Program-made: the position numbers and the translations under genes | Notes under the pieces: model-generated | Told to the model about the DNA's origin: nothing | What the model saw: the letters and a program-made list of their open reading frames with translations, nothing else | The model's database searches: none | Shown: positions 17,579 through 28,672 of the stretch, piece by piece | How positions within the stretch are numbered: the first letter of the stretch is position 1 | How the letters are laid out: every line of letters starts with the position of its first letter | Assembly (NCBI GenBank): GCA_963702895.1 | Contig: OY969767.1 | Coordinates: forward strand, 2,528,001-2,592,000 | DNA from: an uncultured Elusimicrobia bacterium | Lineage (GTDB): Bacteria > Elusimicrobiota > Elusimicrobia > 2-01-FULL-59-12 | Reading direction: 5' to 3' | Length of the DNA: 64,000 bases

Positions 17579-19515
17579 GATGCTGGCTTTGAACGCAGCA
17601 TTGGAGTGAGACCTGTCCCATCCACGAAGGTCTGAAACCACAATTCGAGAATGACAAGCGCTATGATGCGCTTGCTCTGCAATAATTCTTGCGTTTCGAG
17701 CGAAGCGAGCGTTTGCCTCAAAAAATCAGGGGTCAGTATCCCCCGTTCCATACAACGCCTTGTGCCGAGGATGTCCCTCACAAACTGCCGGTAGCCTTCT
17801 CCAAAGACGCTCTGAACAGGAAAGTAAAAGGCCCGCTTCCGTCTTCCGGAAAGATATTGGGGCAACACCTTTGAGGCGGCTTTTCTTAAGAGACGCTTCG
17901 TGATCAGTCCCTTGATCTTAAAGGCGTCAGGCTGCTGCATGGCAAACTCCACAATGCGGTGGTCGAGGTATGGAACTCGAATCTCCAGCGAATTGGCAAA
18001 CCCGATCTTATCCTGCCTGAAAAGTGTGTAGTTCGGCAACCAGTTATTCATATCGAGGCTGATGGTGTTCTCCAGCAGGCTTTGATCCGTGTGGTAATAG
18101 CCCTCCAGCAGTTTTTCTAAAGCGTTATTCGAACCTAATGCGTTGGAAAAACCAGCGGTGTAAATTCCTTTCTTCTCATCAGGTCGGTACAACGAGGCGA
18201 GAGCGAGGTATTCGGCACCAGACTTGCCACAGGCATGATGGAGCAAGTATTGGCTGAGAACTTCCTGTCCCTGCACCCCGAGTGCGGCTGGATAAGGGAA
18301 GAAATAATCAATCAAAGCCCGAGGCGTCATACGAGTCATTTTTCCAGCCAGCCTCGACCATGAACGTGGAAGGTAGTGATCGAAGACTCCCATCGTGTTC
18401 AACGCAAGATGATGAATATAGCCGCCCCAGACTTCATCAGCTCCTTCGCCGGAAGTGACGACCTTGACCGCCCTGGCCGCTGCCTGAGATAGCCGAAAAT
18501 TCGGGATGATAATGGAATCGCCGATAGGCTCATCCAGATGCCAGACGATCTTGGGGAGCAGTTCATAATCATTTTTTTCGATCATGATTTCATGATGATC
18601 GGTCTGCTCGCGGGCGGCCGTTTTCCTGGCTTCTTCGAGTTCGTCCGTCTCCAGCCCGAACCCAATGCTGAATGTTTTGATAGGCCCCGTGTTCAGTTGT
18701 CGCATAAGGCCCACAATGAGGCTCGAGTCTATTCCCCCGCTTAAGTAGGCGCCCACGGGAACGTCTGCGCGAAGCCTTATATTCACGGAGTCTTTCAGGA
18801 GGCTCAGGAGTTCCTCGGCTGCGCTGTTGAGATTACTCCTCGGTGGTGGCGAAGGCTGAGGCAACGTCCAATAAGGGCGAATCTGCAGTTCGCCATGGGT
18901 GAATAAGAGAGTGCACCCGGGTTTGAGCTTCTGGATGTTCTTAAAGAAGGTCTTCTCTTCGGGGACATACCGAAGCGCAAGATACGCGTCGATGGCTGCA
19001 GGATCAAGCGACCGATCCACTTTCTCCCAGCAAAGAAGGCTTTTCAATTCAGATGCGAAGGCCATCTCACGGCCGACGATCGTGTAGTACAAAGGGTGCA
19101 CCCCGAAACGATCACGTGCCAGTAGTAGCCTTGCCTGGGTGTCATCCCATAAGGCAATGGCGAAATCACCATTTAATTTCTGACAAAAGTCAGCTCCATA
19201 TTCTTCATACAAATGAGCAAGGACTTCTGTGTCGCCCCGAGACGCCAGACGGTGTCCTTTTCCTTTGAGCTCTGTTTGAAGTTCTCGGTAATTAAAGATT
19301 TCGCCGTTTTGTATGACGGTGATTGTTTTGTCTTCATTGAAGGTCGGTTGGTGCCCGCCGGCGATATCGATAATGCTGAGCCTGCGGGCCCCCAGGCTCG
19401 CCTGGGCTCCATAAAAAAAACCGCAGTCGTCAGGACCGCGGTGTGTAAGAATTGCCGTCATTCGTTCAAGGAGCTGGCGATCCGTGAAGCCTACAAAACC
19501 ACAAATACCGCACAT
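17572..19515 (-). CDS. asnB: Asparagine synthase (glutamine-hydrolysing) family amidotransferase
   Basis: MCGICG, HRGPDD, RRLSIID, LSGGIDSS, SGEGADE, EIRVPYLD. Confidence 0.93.
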   Translation of the reverse strand: MCGICGFVGFTDRQLLERMTAILTHRGPDDCGFFYGAQASLGARRLSIIDIAGGHQPTFNEDKTITVIQNGEIFNYRELQTELKGKGHRLASRGDTEVLAHLYEEYGADFCQKLNGDFAIALWDDTQARLLLARDRFGVHPLYYTIVGREMAFASELKSLLCWEKVDRSLDPAAIDAYLALRYVPEEKTFFKNIQKLKPGCTLLFTHGELQIRPYWTLPQPSPPPRSNLNSAAEELLSLLKDSVNIRLRADVPVGAYLSGGIDSSLIVGLMRQLNTGPIKTFSIGFGLETDELEEARKTAAREQTDHHEIMIEKNDYELLPKIVWHLDEPIGDSIIIPNFRLSQAAARAVKVVTSGEGADEVWGGYIHHLALNTMGVFDHYLPRSWSRLAGKMTRMTPRALIDYFFPYPAALGVQGQEVLSQYLLHHACGKSGAEYLALASLYRPDEKKGIYTAGFSNALGSNNALEKLLEGYYHTDQSLLENTISLDMNNWLPNYTLFRQDKIGFANSLEIRVPYLDHRIVEFAMQQPDAFKIKGLITKRLLRKAASKVLPQYLSGRRKRAFYFPVQSVFGEGYRQFVRDILGTRRCMERGILTPDFLRQTLASLETQELLQSKRIIALVILELWFQTFVDGTGLTPMLRSKPASC

Positions 19516-21423
19516 TCAAGCACGCCCATGGACGCGGTAGAGCGTGGATTGCGTGGTGCGGTGCTCGACCTCAAAATAGGGAGCGGACAGAGGAGGAACC
19601 CAAAAGCTCAGCTTGGGGTAGGACGTGTAATGCCAATGACCATCTGACCTCACCTCAAATTCACTCTGCACCAAGAGCACATGAGTGATGTGTGCCGCTT
19701 GGAGTGACAAGGCCAACTCCTTGGTGGATTTCCTGAAATGCGCCGGCGAAAATGCGGTCAAAGGCACAAAATCGCACTCCGCATAGTAGAAGAGGGGCAG
19801 CGTCGGGGCCATCCCCAAAACCAAGAAGCGACTGGGTGGCCGGTGATGCGTGCGAAGATACTGCATCATCGGATAGCCTTCACTACCGAGATACTGTTGC
19901 ATTAAATATTGCTCCTCGGATTGAAATCCAAAGAAATAGGGGATGCGCTTGAGCCCATAGTAAGCGCTCAGGGCAAAATTGGGGACGAGAAGCAAGAAGG
20001 CGATCCAGAGTGCAGCAGCCGTTTTGAGCCGTCGTGAGGCACCCTCAAACCACAAGAAGAGTCCTTGGCTCGCGAGGATAGCAAGCAAGGGGAGGGCAGC
20101 AGAGTAGTACCTTGGGCTCATCCATGCCCAAGGAATGAAATGCGTGATGACGAGGGTGACAAGAACGAGAATAATAATTTTCTTCATTCCTTGAGAATTT
20201 CGTGAAAGCCATGCCAAGGGGGCGAGCACCATCGGCAACAGCCCGAAAGACCAGATCAGCATGCCTCCGGAAACAAAGTACGGAAGCCGCACGAGCGTGG
20301 TTAGAAAGCTTCGCCACGTTACCTCTGGTCTCATGGTCATGTGGAGCGGATCCGAAGCGGCACCAGCCCAGAGCGCAGAAGGATAAAAGGGATTGCCGGT
20401 GATTGCATAATTTCGGAGGGGCCAGGGTAAGGCGACGATCGCCGTGACAAGCCCCACCATCAGTGCCGCTTTCGGCTTACGGTCGAAGACCATCATCACC
20501 AACAAGAGTGCCCCGATCCAATTGACAGAATAATTACGAAATCCGACCGATGCTCCAGTCAGGATGCCTATGATGACCAAATAGGATTTCCGTTGGCTTT
20601 GTGTCCACTCCCAGTACAACGAAAGAACGACCATTTCCAAAAACAAACTGAAATGGTCTACGGAAGTCGTGCCATGCAAGGAAGTCATCACAGGAGACGT
20701 ATAGACCAAGGCGACGGCCAAAAGCGTTGATGTGCGGTCCAGTCGGGCATAACGTCGAGAGAAGTTATAAAGGGCCAGCACATACAGAATGCCCATGACC
20801 CACACCATCGCTTTGACAGCGAAGAAGTCGCGCAAGAGAAGGATCGCTGTATGAAAGAGCTCCCCGTTCAAGTAGAAGAAACTTTCAAACATGGTCGGGA
20901 CGGAACCCATACGCCCCATCTTGACGTAGAGAGCAGGCAGACTGATGTGGTAGACCAGCTCATCGTCTGCGGTTGGCGGTGCATAGCCAAACCAGAATTT
21001 GAAAATGGCAGAACACACGAGAAGACCCAACAGCAACACTTCAAGACGTGTCAGCCTCATCGATGGGGGTTCTCCGAAAAGCGCGCGAAGACATTCTCGC
21101 AAGGGCTGAAAGCCAATGAACACCATCGCGACAAGAACGGAGCCCGTGATCGCAGGATGAAGGAGACCGCATACGCCCAAGAGAAAATGGAGATAAGAAA
21201 AGAAGAATAAGCCCAGACTGCACGCCGTCAGGATTCTCATGCGAATATCCAAAAGGTAAGTCTTCAGTGGCGCAATGAATAAGCCCGTACAGGACAACAC
21301 CAGCAGAAGATCAAACCCGAGGCTTAACGGTAGATGAGATGCTGGCATCGGTTTAGGACTTTCGTGAGCGCGGGATCTTTTCTGTAGTGGTGGAACGCAT
21401 AAAGATGGAGACTGAGAAACCAA
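19516..21423 (-). CDS. Multi-TM GT-C/ArnT-like membrane protein
   Basis: PPTADDELVYH, PWPLRNYAITGNPFYP, many TM segments; start uncertain. Confidence 0.7.
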   Translation of the reverse strand: MVSQSPSLCVPPLQKRSRAHESPKPMPASHLPLSLGFDLLLVLSCTGLFIAPLKTYLLDIRMRILTACSLGLFFFSYLHFLLGVCGLLHPAITGSVLVAMVFIGFQPLRECLRALFGEPPSMRLTRLEVLLLGLLVCSAIFKFWFGYAPPTADDELVYHISLPALYVKMGRMGSVPTMFESFFYLNGELFHTAILLLRDFFAVKAMVWVMGILYVLALYNFSRRYARLDRTSTLLAVALVYTSPVMTSLHGTTSVDHFSLFLEMVVLSLYWEWTQSQRKSYLVIIGILTGASVGFRNYSVNWIGALLLVMMVFDRKPKAALMVGLVTAIVALPWPLRNYAITGNPFYPSALWAGAASDPLHMTMRPEVTWRSFLTTLVRLPYFVSGGMLIWSFGLLPMVLAPLAWLSRNSQGMKKIIILVLVTLVITHFIPWAWMSPRYYSAALPLLAILASQGLFLWFEGASRRLKTAAALWIAFLLLVPNFALSAYYGLKRIPYFFGFQSEEQYLMQQYLGSEGYPMMQYLRTHHRPPSRFLVLGMAPTLPLFYYAECDFVPLTAFSPAHFRKSTKELALSLQAAHITHVLLVQSEFEVRSDGHWHYTSYPKLSFWVPPLSAPYFEVEHRTTQSTLYRVHGRA

Positions 21424-21451
21424 GCAAGAAAAAGAAAGCGAGCTGCGAGCC

Positions 21452-22456
21452 TCATTTGTTTTGGTCTTCTGCGTCCTGGGTCCTCAAGCGGTGATGCAGC
21501 TGATCGACACGCAATTTGATGAGCGCTCCGATCTCGGAGAGAAATCCGAGTGTGAAAAGTTGAATCCCGGTTAACACCAACATGGAAATACACAATAGCG
21601 CAGGGAGTCGAACAAAGATGCGCGCAACTTGAAAATGGGCCTGAGCCATCACAACCCAGAACCCGATGAGACCGGCCGCGATCAGGGCAAAGGAAAGACC
21701 ATACGTCCAGCGGATATGATTGCGCGATCGGATAATGAGAACAGGCAGCGTATACATGATGTACCGCACAATGGACTTGACGACCTTGGATTCCCCGTGA
21801 ACTCGTTGGCGCCATACGGAAGCAATCTCTTTAACTCGAAATCCCTTTTCATGGGCATCAATAATGGATTCCTGGACGTAGGTGTGGGTCCCAATGATAT
21901 CGATCGATTCGACCACCTCCACGCGCATGGCACGTAACCCACCATGGGAATCGGTCAGGGGAAGACCGGTGATGGTTCTTAAGATCCAGCTTAAGACGAT
22001 CGTCCCAAAGCGATTGAGGAACGGATACGGATACTGAATTAATCCCGGTTCCAAGAAGCGCGAGCCCACCACCATATCCGCTTCACGCTTGGCGATGGGA
22101 TCGAGAACTTTCATGATTTCTCTGGGATCTGATTGGCCATCGGCATCCAGGCTGACAATCACCTCAGGACGGAAAGCGATAGCAGCTTTGAGCCCTTTGA
22201 GCATGGCAAAGCCGAGTCCCTGTCCGCCCCCGATGACCACATGGACGCCGAGCGTGCGGGCAAGATCTCGCGTGCTGTCATGCGAGTCATCCGCGATGAG
22301 AAGAATGGGTTCTTGCAACCCTTTGTCTTGAAATGCTGAGCGAATCTCGCCCACCACATCGGCGAGGGTCACCGTTTCATCCCGTGTAGGAAGAACCACG
22401 GCGATCTTCCACTGTCTTGGATCATCACTCACTGGCAGGCGAGGAGAGCGCAGCAT
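21452..22456 (-). CDS. Glycosyltransferase family 2 (polyprenol-phosphate sugar synthase-like)
   Basis: VVLPT, ADDS, LDADGQ, VVGSRF, two C-terminal TM segments. Confidence 0.9.
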   Translation of the reverse strand: MLRSPRLPVSDDPRQWKIAVVLPTRDETVTLADVVGEIRSAFQDKGLQEPILLIADDSHDSTRDLARTLGVHVVIGGGQGLGFAMLKGLKAAIAFRPEVIVSLDADGQSDPREIMKVLDPIAKREADMVVGSRFLEPGLIQYPYPFLNRFGTIVLSWILRTITGLPLTDSHGGLRAMRVEVVESIDIIGTHTYVQESIIDAHEKGFRVKEIASVWRQRVHGESKVVKSIVRYIMYTLPVLIIRSRNHIRWTYGLSFALIAAGLIGFWVVMAQAHFQVARIFVRLPALLCISMLVLTGIQLFTLGFLSEIGALIKLRVDQLHHRLRTQDAEDQNK

Positions 22457-22459
22457 GGC

Positions 22460-23806
22460 TTAGGACTTCCCCGCCAAGTTTTGAATTTGCACAAGATCTT
22501 CCAGATGCAAAACGCGGGGCTTCTGCGACCCCTGAGGGATTTGACGTGTGAGGTCAAGAACGACGCAGCGGGCAGGGAACTGATCAGCCACAGAGTGTGA
22601 AGCAAGGAGGATCTTTCCAACGATCAGAAGCTCCGCATGCTGCGCCACTTCGTTAAAGTCTGAATGCAGCGCTTGGGCAAGATGCGGCAACTTGCTTCTT
22701 ATATAACTCAGATTTTGGCCATGGATCTTCTTTAAGTCAATATCAGGGTCATAAATCGCGAGTTCAAAACCTTTGCCGATGAGTCTCTCCGCGAGTTCCA
22801 CCAATGGACTGTTGCGAAAGTCATCGGTACCGCCCTTGAATGTTAAGCCTATGAGACCCACTTTGCGAAGCCCATAATCATCAATCGCTTGTACTGTTTT
22901 TTCGATGAGCATGCGGTTGCTTTTCTCAATGGAGTCCAAAAGTGGCGTGCTAATGGCGGAAAGCGCCGATAAACGCCCTAATGTTTTCAAGTCTTTCGGG
23001 AGGCAAGACCCACCAAAAGCATAACCAGGTCGCAAATAGGCGCGCGAGATGTTCAGGGCTGTGTCCTGGCAAAACAAATCCATGGTTTGATTGGCATCCG
23101 CACTGAAAAGGGGCGACAAGCTAGCGATCTCATTGGCAAACGTGATTTTGAGCGCATGGAAGGCGTTGCAGGCATATTTCAGAAGACTTGCAGCGCCTAG
23201 AGAAACGATATGGAAGGGAGCTTCGATACCCTTGTAGAGGGCCTGAAGGGCCTCCGAGGCTTGAGGATGATCTGTTCCGATCACGACGAACGGCGGGTGC
23301 CGGAAGTCCTCGAGGGCCTTGCCTTCTCTTAAGAACTCTGGATTAAAAGCAAAAAAGAGACTCTTGCCAAAACGCTGCGGCAGCGCCTGCTCGAGAGCTG
23401 GAAGAATGGAGGATTGGATCATGGGGTAAGGCATCGTGCTTCGCAGAACGACGACATACGGCGAAGTTTTCTTCAGCAGATCCTGATTGATCTGCTGGCA
23501 AACTGTCAGGACTTGTCGAATATCTGTTGTACCGTCCCCCAGGCTAGGAGTCCCGACGCATAGGAGAGCCAAATCCGTGGCATGCACTGCCTCCTCCGAT
23601 GATCCGGTCGGAAGAATTTTTTCTTGCTTTATGTGTTCGGAAAGCAACTCTTCAAGGCCCGGCTCAACCACAGGGCATTGTGAGCGTTGAAGAAGGGAGA
23701 GTTTGCTTGGAGAGGATTCCACAAGCCATACGGTATGGCCCAGAGAAGCCAAACTCGCTGCGGTGACACAGCCAACGTACCCGGCACCAAAAACGGATAC
23801 TTTCAT
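22460..23806 (-). CDS. UDP-glucose/GDP-mannose dehydrogenase
   Basis: GAGYVG, CVGTP, NPEFLREG, FGGSCLPKD. Confidence 0.93.
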   Translation of the reverse strand: MKVSVFGAGYVGCVTAASLASLGHTVWLVESSPSKLSLLQRSQCPVVEPGLEELLSEHIKQEKILPTGSSEEAVHATDLALLCVGTPSLGDGTTDIRQVLTVCQQINQDLLKKTSPYVVVLRSTMPYPMIQSSILPALEQALPQRFGKSLFFAFNPEFLREGKALEDFRHPPFVVIGTDHPQASEALQALYKGIEAPFHIVSLGAASLLKYACNAFHALKITFANEIASLSPLFSADANQTMDLFCQDTALNISRAYLRPGYAFGGSCLPKDLKTLGRLSALSAISTPLLDSIEKSNRMLIEKTVQAIDDYGLRKVGLIGLTFKGGTDDFRNSPLVELAERLIGKGFELAIYDPDIDLKKIHGQNLSYIRSKLPHLAQALHSDFNEVAQHAELLIVGKILLASHSVADQFPARCVVLDLTRQIPQGSQKPRVLHLEDLVQIQNLAGKS

Positions 23807-23923
23807 CGTCGGCATCCTACTAATTTTATTCTGCTGAACCAAATGGGGGTAGACGCCTCCCACAAGTCGCTGATGAACAGAAAAAAGCTGCCCAGGGACA
23901 CTTTTGGGAGGCCCGCAGTTTGG

Positions 23924-25366
23924 TTACTCCGACTGGGGGGGTTCCTTCCAGCGCATGGCGGCGACTTGGCCCTGCCGGGCGTAGTCGGCGGCCTCCCCCA
24001 GGATCCGCGCCGCTTCTTGCGGGGCGTGGAACCCCATGGAGTTTTCCGCCGCCACAAAATCGAGTCTCCACTGGGCTTTGCGCTGCAAGTCTAAAGAGGC
24101 GGCCAATTGGGCGTCGGTCGCGCCTTCTTGTCGAGCTCTCTTAACGGCATCGAGCTGGTCCATGAGAGCGGCGGCGCTTCTTTGCAGGAGTTCATGATTG
24201 CGCACCTGAATCGACTCGACACGCGCCCTGATCTCCTCCTCCGGGAAGTGGTGGCAGCTCTGGCAGGCGCGGTTGATGTTCAAGAGCGGACTTCTCACCC
24301 AGTGGTCGGAGACTTTGGTGGCGCCGTCGCGCATGTATGGCATGTGGCAATCCGCGCAGGCGACGCCGCTTCGGGCGTGAATGCCCTGGCTCCACATCTC
24401 ATACTCCGGGTGCTGGGCTTTCAAGAGCTTGGCGCCGGATTCCGCATGCGCGAAGTCGAAGAACGGCGTGCCATCGGGGAACTTAGACTCGTTCCAGAAC
24501 GCTTCTAAGTTTTCGGCCTTGAGACCTTTCCCCCAAGGGTAGCTCAGCGGCTGTTTGGACGAACAGTAGTACTCGACATGGCATTGCCCACACACAAAAG
24601 ACCGCATCTCGGTCTGGGAAGCTTCTTCGTTGGGTTCATACGGTTTCTTGCGGTTGCCTGCCCTCCATTGCTCGATCGAAGGAATGTGGGGCACCGGCGC
24701 TTTGGATTCGGCCAGCATTCGGATGCCCTGGATGAACCCGGGCCTCGTCACGCGAAGGCGCATGCTTTTGGGATCGTGGCAGTCCACGCAGGACACCGGG
24801 TGGGCGTGGCCCATCTCATGAAGCATCTTGTCCAGTTCCTGGAAGCTGAACTTGTAGCTGGCCTCAAGGCCTTTGGCGGCGTCGCCGTCTCCCAACTTCC
24901 GGTAGAGCGGCATGACCGAAGCATGGCAATGCAAGCAGGACCCCGTTTGCGGCTTGGTGAGGCGCTGGGTCTTTTCTTGATCGGACAGCATGTAGGCATG
25001 GCCTCTCCGGTCACGGTAATCGATCGAGAAGGCGTATCCCAGAAACATCCGTTTGAGCCAAGGGTCACGCTCAATTTTCTCGGCCGGCATGGCTTCGCTG
25101 CCGCCGTGCCCGCCAAAGCGCGTTCGCGTCGTGATGGCCGTCTTCTTGTAAGACCCGTATTCCCTGGGCCAATTGACGCCCCATCGGGCCGGATCCGTAT
25201 CCTCCTCCGTGACTTCGACCAGTCGCACGTAGGGGTTTTTGGCTTCACTTTTCCTTTCAAAAATATTCACGAGCAGCGCCGTGACGAGCGCCGTGGTCAG
25301 CGCAATTCCGATCGACAGGACAGCATAGAGTCTGAAACTTTTCAAACGTTCCAACAAGGTTTTCAT
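23924..25366 (-). CDS. nrfA: Ammonia-forming cytochrome c nitrite reductase NrfA (CxxCH heme-1 variant)
   Basis: RGHAY, five Cxx[29 protein letters not shown]. Confidence 0.93.
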   Translation of the reverse strand: MKTLLERLKSFRLYAVLSIGIALTTALVTALLVNIFERKSEAKNPYVRLVEVTEEDTDPARWGVNWPREYGSYKKTAITTRTRFGGHGGSEAMPAEKIERDPWLKRMFLGYAFSIDYRDRRGHAYMLSDQEKTQRLTKPQTGSCLHCHASVMPLYRKLGDGDAAKGLEASYKFSFQELDKMLHEMGHAHPVSCVDCHDPKSMRLRVTRPGFIQGIRMLAESKAPVPHIPSIEQWRAGNRKKPYEPNEEASQTEMRSFVCGQCHVEYYCSSKQPLSYPWGKGLKAENLEAFWNESKFPDGTPFFDFAHAESGAKLLKAQHPEYEMWSQGIHARSGVACADCHMPYMRDGATKVSDHWVRSPLLNINRACQSCHHFPEEEIRARVESIQVRNHELLQRSAAALMDQLDAVKRARQEGATDAQLAASLDLQRKAQWRLDFVAAENSMGFHAPQEAARILGEAADYARQGQVAAMRWKEPPQSE

Positions 25367-25863
25367 GATGGTTCCCCTTCCTTTGGATCATATCGGCCCA
25401 TCCCTGTGGTTTCGCCGTGCCCAACGCTTGCGTGACAATGCGCACAACGCAAGGCATCGGGATCCTTGCGAGTGACGGGCGCCAGCCCATGCGTGAGTTG
25501 CTCGTGACACCGCAGACAGTTGGCGTTTAAGATCCGGCTGTTGCGCGGCGTGATCATGATGGGTTCGTTAAAATTCTGAAGCGTAAAGCCTTTGGAATGC
25601 CGGTAGCCGTTGTCCGCTTTGGACAGGTACTTCGGGATCAAGCTGTGCGGCAAATGACAATCGACGCAGGTGGCCGCGCTGTGGTGGCTGGCCTTTTGCC
25701 AGGAGCTGAATTCCGGGTTCATGATGTGGCAATTGACGCAGGCGCGCGGGTCTTTGCTTAGATAAGAAAACCCGTGGGCATAATGAAAGGTAAAAGCGCC
25801 AACCCCAACGAGGACGCCGATCAGCGCGGCGGTAAAAAATTCCCACGGCGATATCGGTTTCAT
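25363..25863 (-). CDS. nrfH: Cytochrome c nitrite reductase small subunit NrfH
   Basis: TM anchor, [11 protein letters not shown], four CxxCH, VGH. Confidence 0.93.
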   Translation of the reverse strand: MKPISPWEFFTAALIGVLVGVGAFTFHYAHGFSYLSKDPRACVNCHIMNPEFSSWQKASHHSAATCVDCHLPHSLIPKYLSKADNGYRHSKGFTLQNFNEPIMITPRNSRILNANCLRCHEQLTHGLAPVTRKDPDALRCAHCHASVGHGETTGMGRYDPKEGEPS

Positions 25864-25886
25864 GGCGCCAAGAAGTGCTGCGGGGC

Positions 25887-26800
25887 TTACTCGTTCGATC
25901 CGAAGAGGCGCTCGATCAGGGGTTTGTTCACAGGAGGGCTGTCCGGCACCACGCGCAGGCGTTGAATTTGTTCATAAATCCAGCGCAGGCGCTGCCGGCC
26001 TTCCTCAAAGTAGAGCGCGAGGGTCAAGGCCTTCTCTCGGAGTTCGGAAAACTGCGTGCGTTGAAAAGCCAAGCCCGTCATGAATTCGTCTTTGTTGGAC
26101 TCAAAATAGCCGGGGCTCTGCTCGGCCTTCGCGAACACCCAAGCGTTCGCCTTGGTGAGCCGGTCCAGCATCCGATTGGCGGTCGAACGAATACTTTTCA
26201 TTCGCTGGGAGAGTTGCCCTTCTTCCTCTCTTTCCCGGAAGGCAAAATCCAGATAGGGTTGTTTTCTGGCCTTGGAGACCATGATCTCGGTGGTCTTGGC
26301 CGCTTGGCGATCTAAAAAGGAGCGCAAGTCCGCTTCCTGGGCCCTGAGCCGACCGTCCCACGCTTGAATGCGATGCATGGTGGCGGAAATGGTTTCCTCA
26401 AGCGCTTTCGCTCTGCGCTCAAGAGAAGCGCTGAAGTTGTCCGTGATGTCCTTCAGCCGTTCAAACCCGATCGCGCTTTCCTTCCAGGACCGAAGGGTGG
26501 CGCTTGAGCGCTTGATCTCAGCAGCTTCCTTCAGCCACTCTTCGAGGCGCCGCAGACGCTCTTCCCAGCTGGCCCAGACCGGGGTTCGCGCTTCCTTGAT
26601 TTGGGCGATATCTTCCACACGATGTTGCGTGAACTGCCCCCGGAGAGCCTCCAGATATTGTTTTTTGTCCGAGAGGCCGTCGAGCTGGATCGCGGCATCG
26701 CGACGAAGAAGCATGCCTCGGTCGTTTAAGCGAGTCTGCGAGGTTTCGAGATAGGCGCTGGGGCCAGGCAAGGGGTGGTCCTCAGCCGTCCGCAGGTGCC
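25887..26800 (-). CDS. Hypothetical coiled-coil protein (start not resolved)
   Basis: 3' part of the 428-aa ORF that does not overlap the upstream gene; helical and charged. Confidence 0.45.
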
Positions 26801-27429
26801 GCGTGGTGGTAAATGAGGTCGGAAAGAACGGAAATCTGATAATCCAGGGCCTGAACACAGGCATAGACCAGTTCATCGGATTTGGAGGCGCGCTCTTGCA
26901 GCTGTGCGACGGTCGCCTGGAACTCCCTGAGTTGGCCCTCGAGGGTTTTAATCGTTTCGGGGGAAGGTTGAATCGCCCTTTCAGCCTCATTTTTCTCAAG
27001 CTGCGTGAGCTTTGTCTCAAGTTCTTGAACTTTGGATTCGAGTTCCTTGCGCTGCAAGGGCCAAGCGGACTGGGCCTCGGGGCCCCATTCCAGTTTGTCG
27101 CGCTGCCACGTATCATCGAGCTCGGTGAGCGCCCGTGCGGCGTTTTGCTCGGCCTGGGCCAGACGCGTCTCAAACTCAGACTTCATCTCAGCCAGGCGCT
27201 CCTCGTACGTCTTGCACTGGCGGGCCCATAATTCATCCTGTTCTTGCGCGGCCAGCTCTTTTCGCCCGATCAGGGAGTCAAACGTTTCCTTTTCGTTCGC
27301 CAAGGTGGCGTTCCACACCTGCGTCGCCTGCGAAAGCTCTTGCGCGAGTTTGTCTACGCGGGCTTGAACATCTTCAAGATTTTCGAGAATTTCTTTGGGG
27401 ACCGCGGTGGAGGAGGGCTCGGTGATCAT
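26782..27429 (-). CDS. Hypothetical coiled-coil protein
   Basis: 215 aa, E/Q/L-rich heptads. Confidence 0.65.
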   Translation of the reverse strand: MITEPSSTAVPKEILENLEDVQARVDKLAQELSQATQVWNATLANEKETFDSLIGRKELAAQEQDELWARQCKTYEERLAEMKSEFETRLAQAEQNAARALTELDDTWQRDKLEWGPEAQSAWPLQRKELESKVQELETKLTQLEKNEAERAIQPSPETIKTLEGQLREFQATVAQLQERASKSDELVYACVQALDYQISVLSDLIYHHAAPADG

Positions 27430-27468
27430 CGTGGCCAGCTAAGAGAATAATCTAATTTGGCAAAGCTG

Positions 27469-28653
27469 TCAAACCCCTTCATCCCAACGAGCGGGGATGG
27501 GCTGCCCTTGGGGAACGGCGGACGGCGTGGTCCATTCGATAATGGGGATCGAAAATTGCCACGCGGCCTGCAAATGAATGGCCGATTTCACGAACTGGGA
27601 GACCCCCTGGTTGTTCTCCCCGGCCAGGCCCGCCGTATAGCGTAAAAACAGGTTGAAATCTCTACCTAAAAGGATATCCCAGCGTCCCGTCAAGAGGTTG
27701 AGTTTTGGCAAGGTGAACCAGGGGTCTGAACCCTCATGAGAATAGGAAGAACTACTCCAATACTCGTAGCTGAATTTAAACCGCCTGATCCTCGTATAAA
27801 CTTCATAGAGGCGGGCGCACCCTTGGACATCGAGCGCCAGAGGAGAGTCCTCCAGCGAAGAGTCCTGGATTCGGCGCGAGCTGAGGTAGGACCACTTGGC
27901 GCCCACGATCCAAGACCTGTGCGGCTGAAATTGCATGCCGAGCCCGGCCAACTGGGCGGCATCGTTGATCGTGGCGATCGGGTGGGGATAAAGGGTCCCC
28001 CCTTCGTGGATCCAATGCGCCTGGTAATGAAAGCGCAAGAACTTCCAGGCGTTGCGATGGACAAAACCAATATCAAATTTTTCTGCGTGTTCGGGCGTAT
28101 TTTGAAGCCGATAATTAAAGAAGATATCGTCGTACCAGTTTTCCGTTTTCACCAGGACCTGGGCGCCGGTTTCCACGGGGCTCTCACGCACATAATTCAA
28201 CGACATGAACAAAGAGGGGTGATAATAGTGAGGCGTATTCAGGTTGCCGAGGAGGACGCTTACGGGCTTCACGGGCTGCCAAAGGAGTTGAATCCAGGGG
28301 TCGACCGACCCAAAGCCTTCTTCGTCACCATACCCTCTGAGGGCGACGAGGCCAATCTGGGTCCGGAACCGCTCGTTCCAGAGCACGGTCAGGGTGGGTC
28401 TTAAGGTGTCGGCAAGCCAAGTCCCGTCAATATAGCCGGGGGTGTCGTTGGTTTCGAAATTGTAGAAGTCGGTGATGTTGTAGAGGTCGAGAAAGAGGCG
28501 GTGATGCGGTCCGGGAGGCGTAAAATAGGCGGCGCTGGAAGCCGCCAGATCATAGTCCCGCCTCTCAAACTCATCCAGCTCGACAGCCTGCAAGTGATTC
28601 GTGCACAGGAAAGCCAGGGCGAACGCCAAGCTTCCGTGCGTGATGCGCATCAT
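27469..28653 (-). CDS. Hypothetical outer-membrane/secreted protein
   Basis: Signal peptide MMRITHGSLAFALAF, aromatic-rich beta pattern. Confidence 0.6.
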   Translation of the reverse strand: MMRITHGSLAFALAFLCTNHLQAVELDEFERRDYDLAASSAAYFTPPGPHHRLFLDLYNITDFYNFETNDTPGYIDGTWLADTLRPTLTVLWNERFRTQIGLVALRGYGDEEGFGSVDPWIQLLWQPVKPVSVLLGNLNTPHYYHPSLFMSLNYVRESPVETGAQVLVKTENWYDDIFFNYRLQNTPEHAEKFDIGFVHRNAWKFLRFHYQAHWIHEGGTLYPHPIATINDAAQLAGLGMQFQPHRSWIVGAKWSYLSSRRIQDSSLEDSPLALDVQGCARLYEVYTRIRRFKFSYEYWSSSSYSHEGSDPWFTLPKLNLLTGRWDILLGRDFNLFLRYTAGLAGENNQGVSQFVKSAIHLQAAWQFSIPIIEWTTPSAVPQGQPIPARWDEGV

Positions 28654-28672
28654 CACGGATCGGCAGGTATCG

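Noticed and set aside
25887..27429. Programmed frameshift joining the two overlapping coiled-coil ORFs
   Set aside because: No slippery site was identified; the overlapping 5' part of the longer ORF looks like non-coding frame extension.
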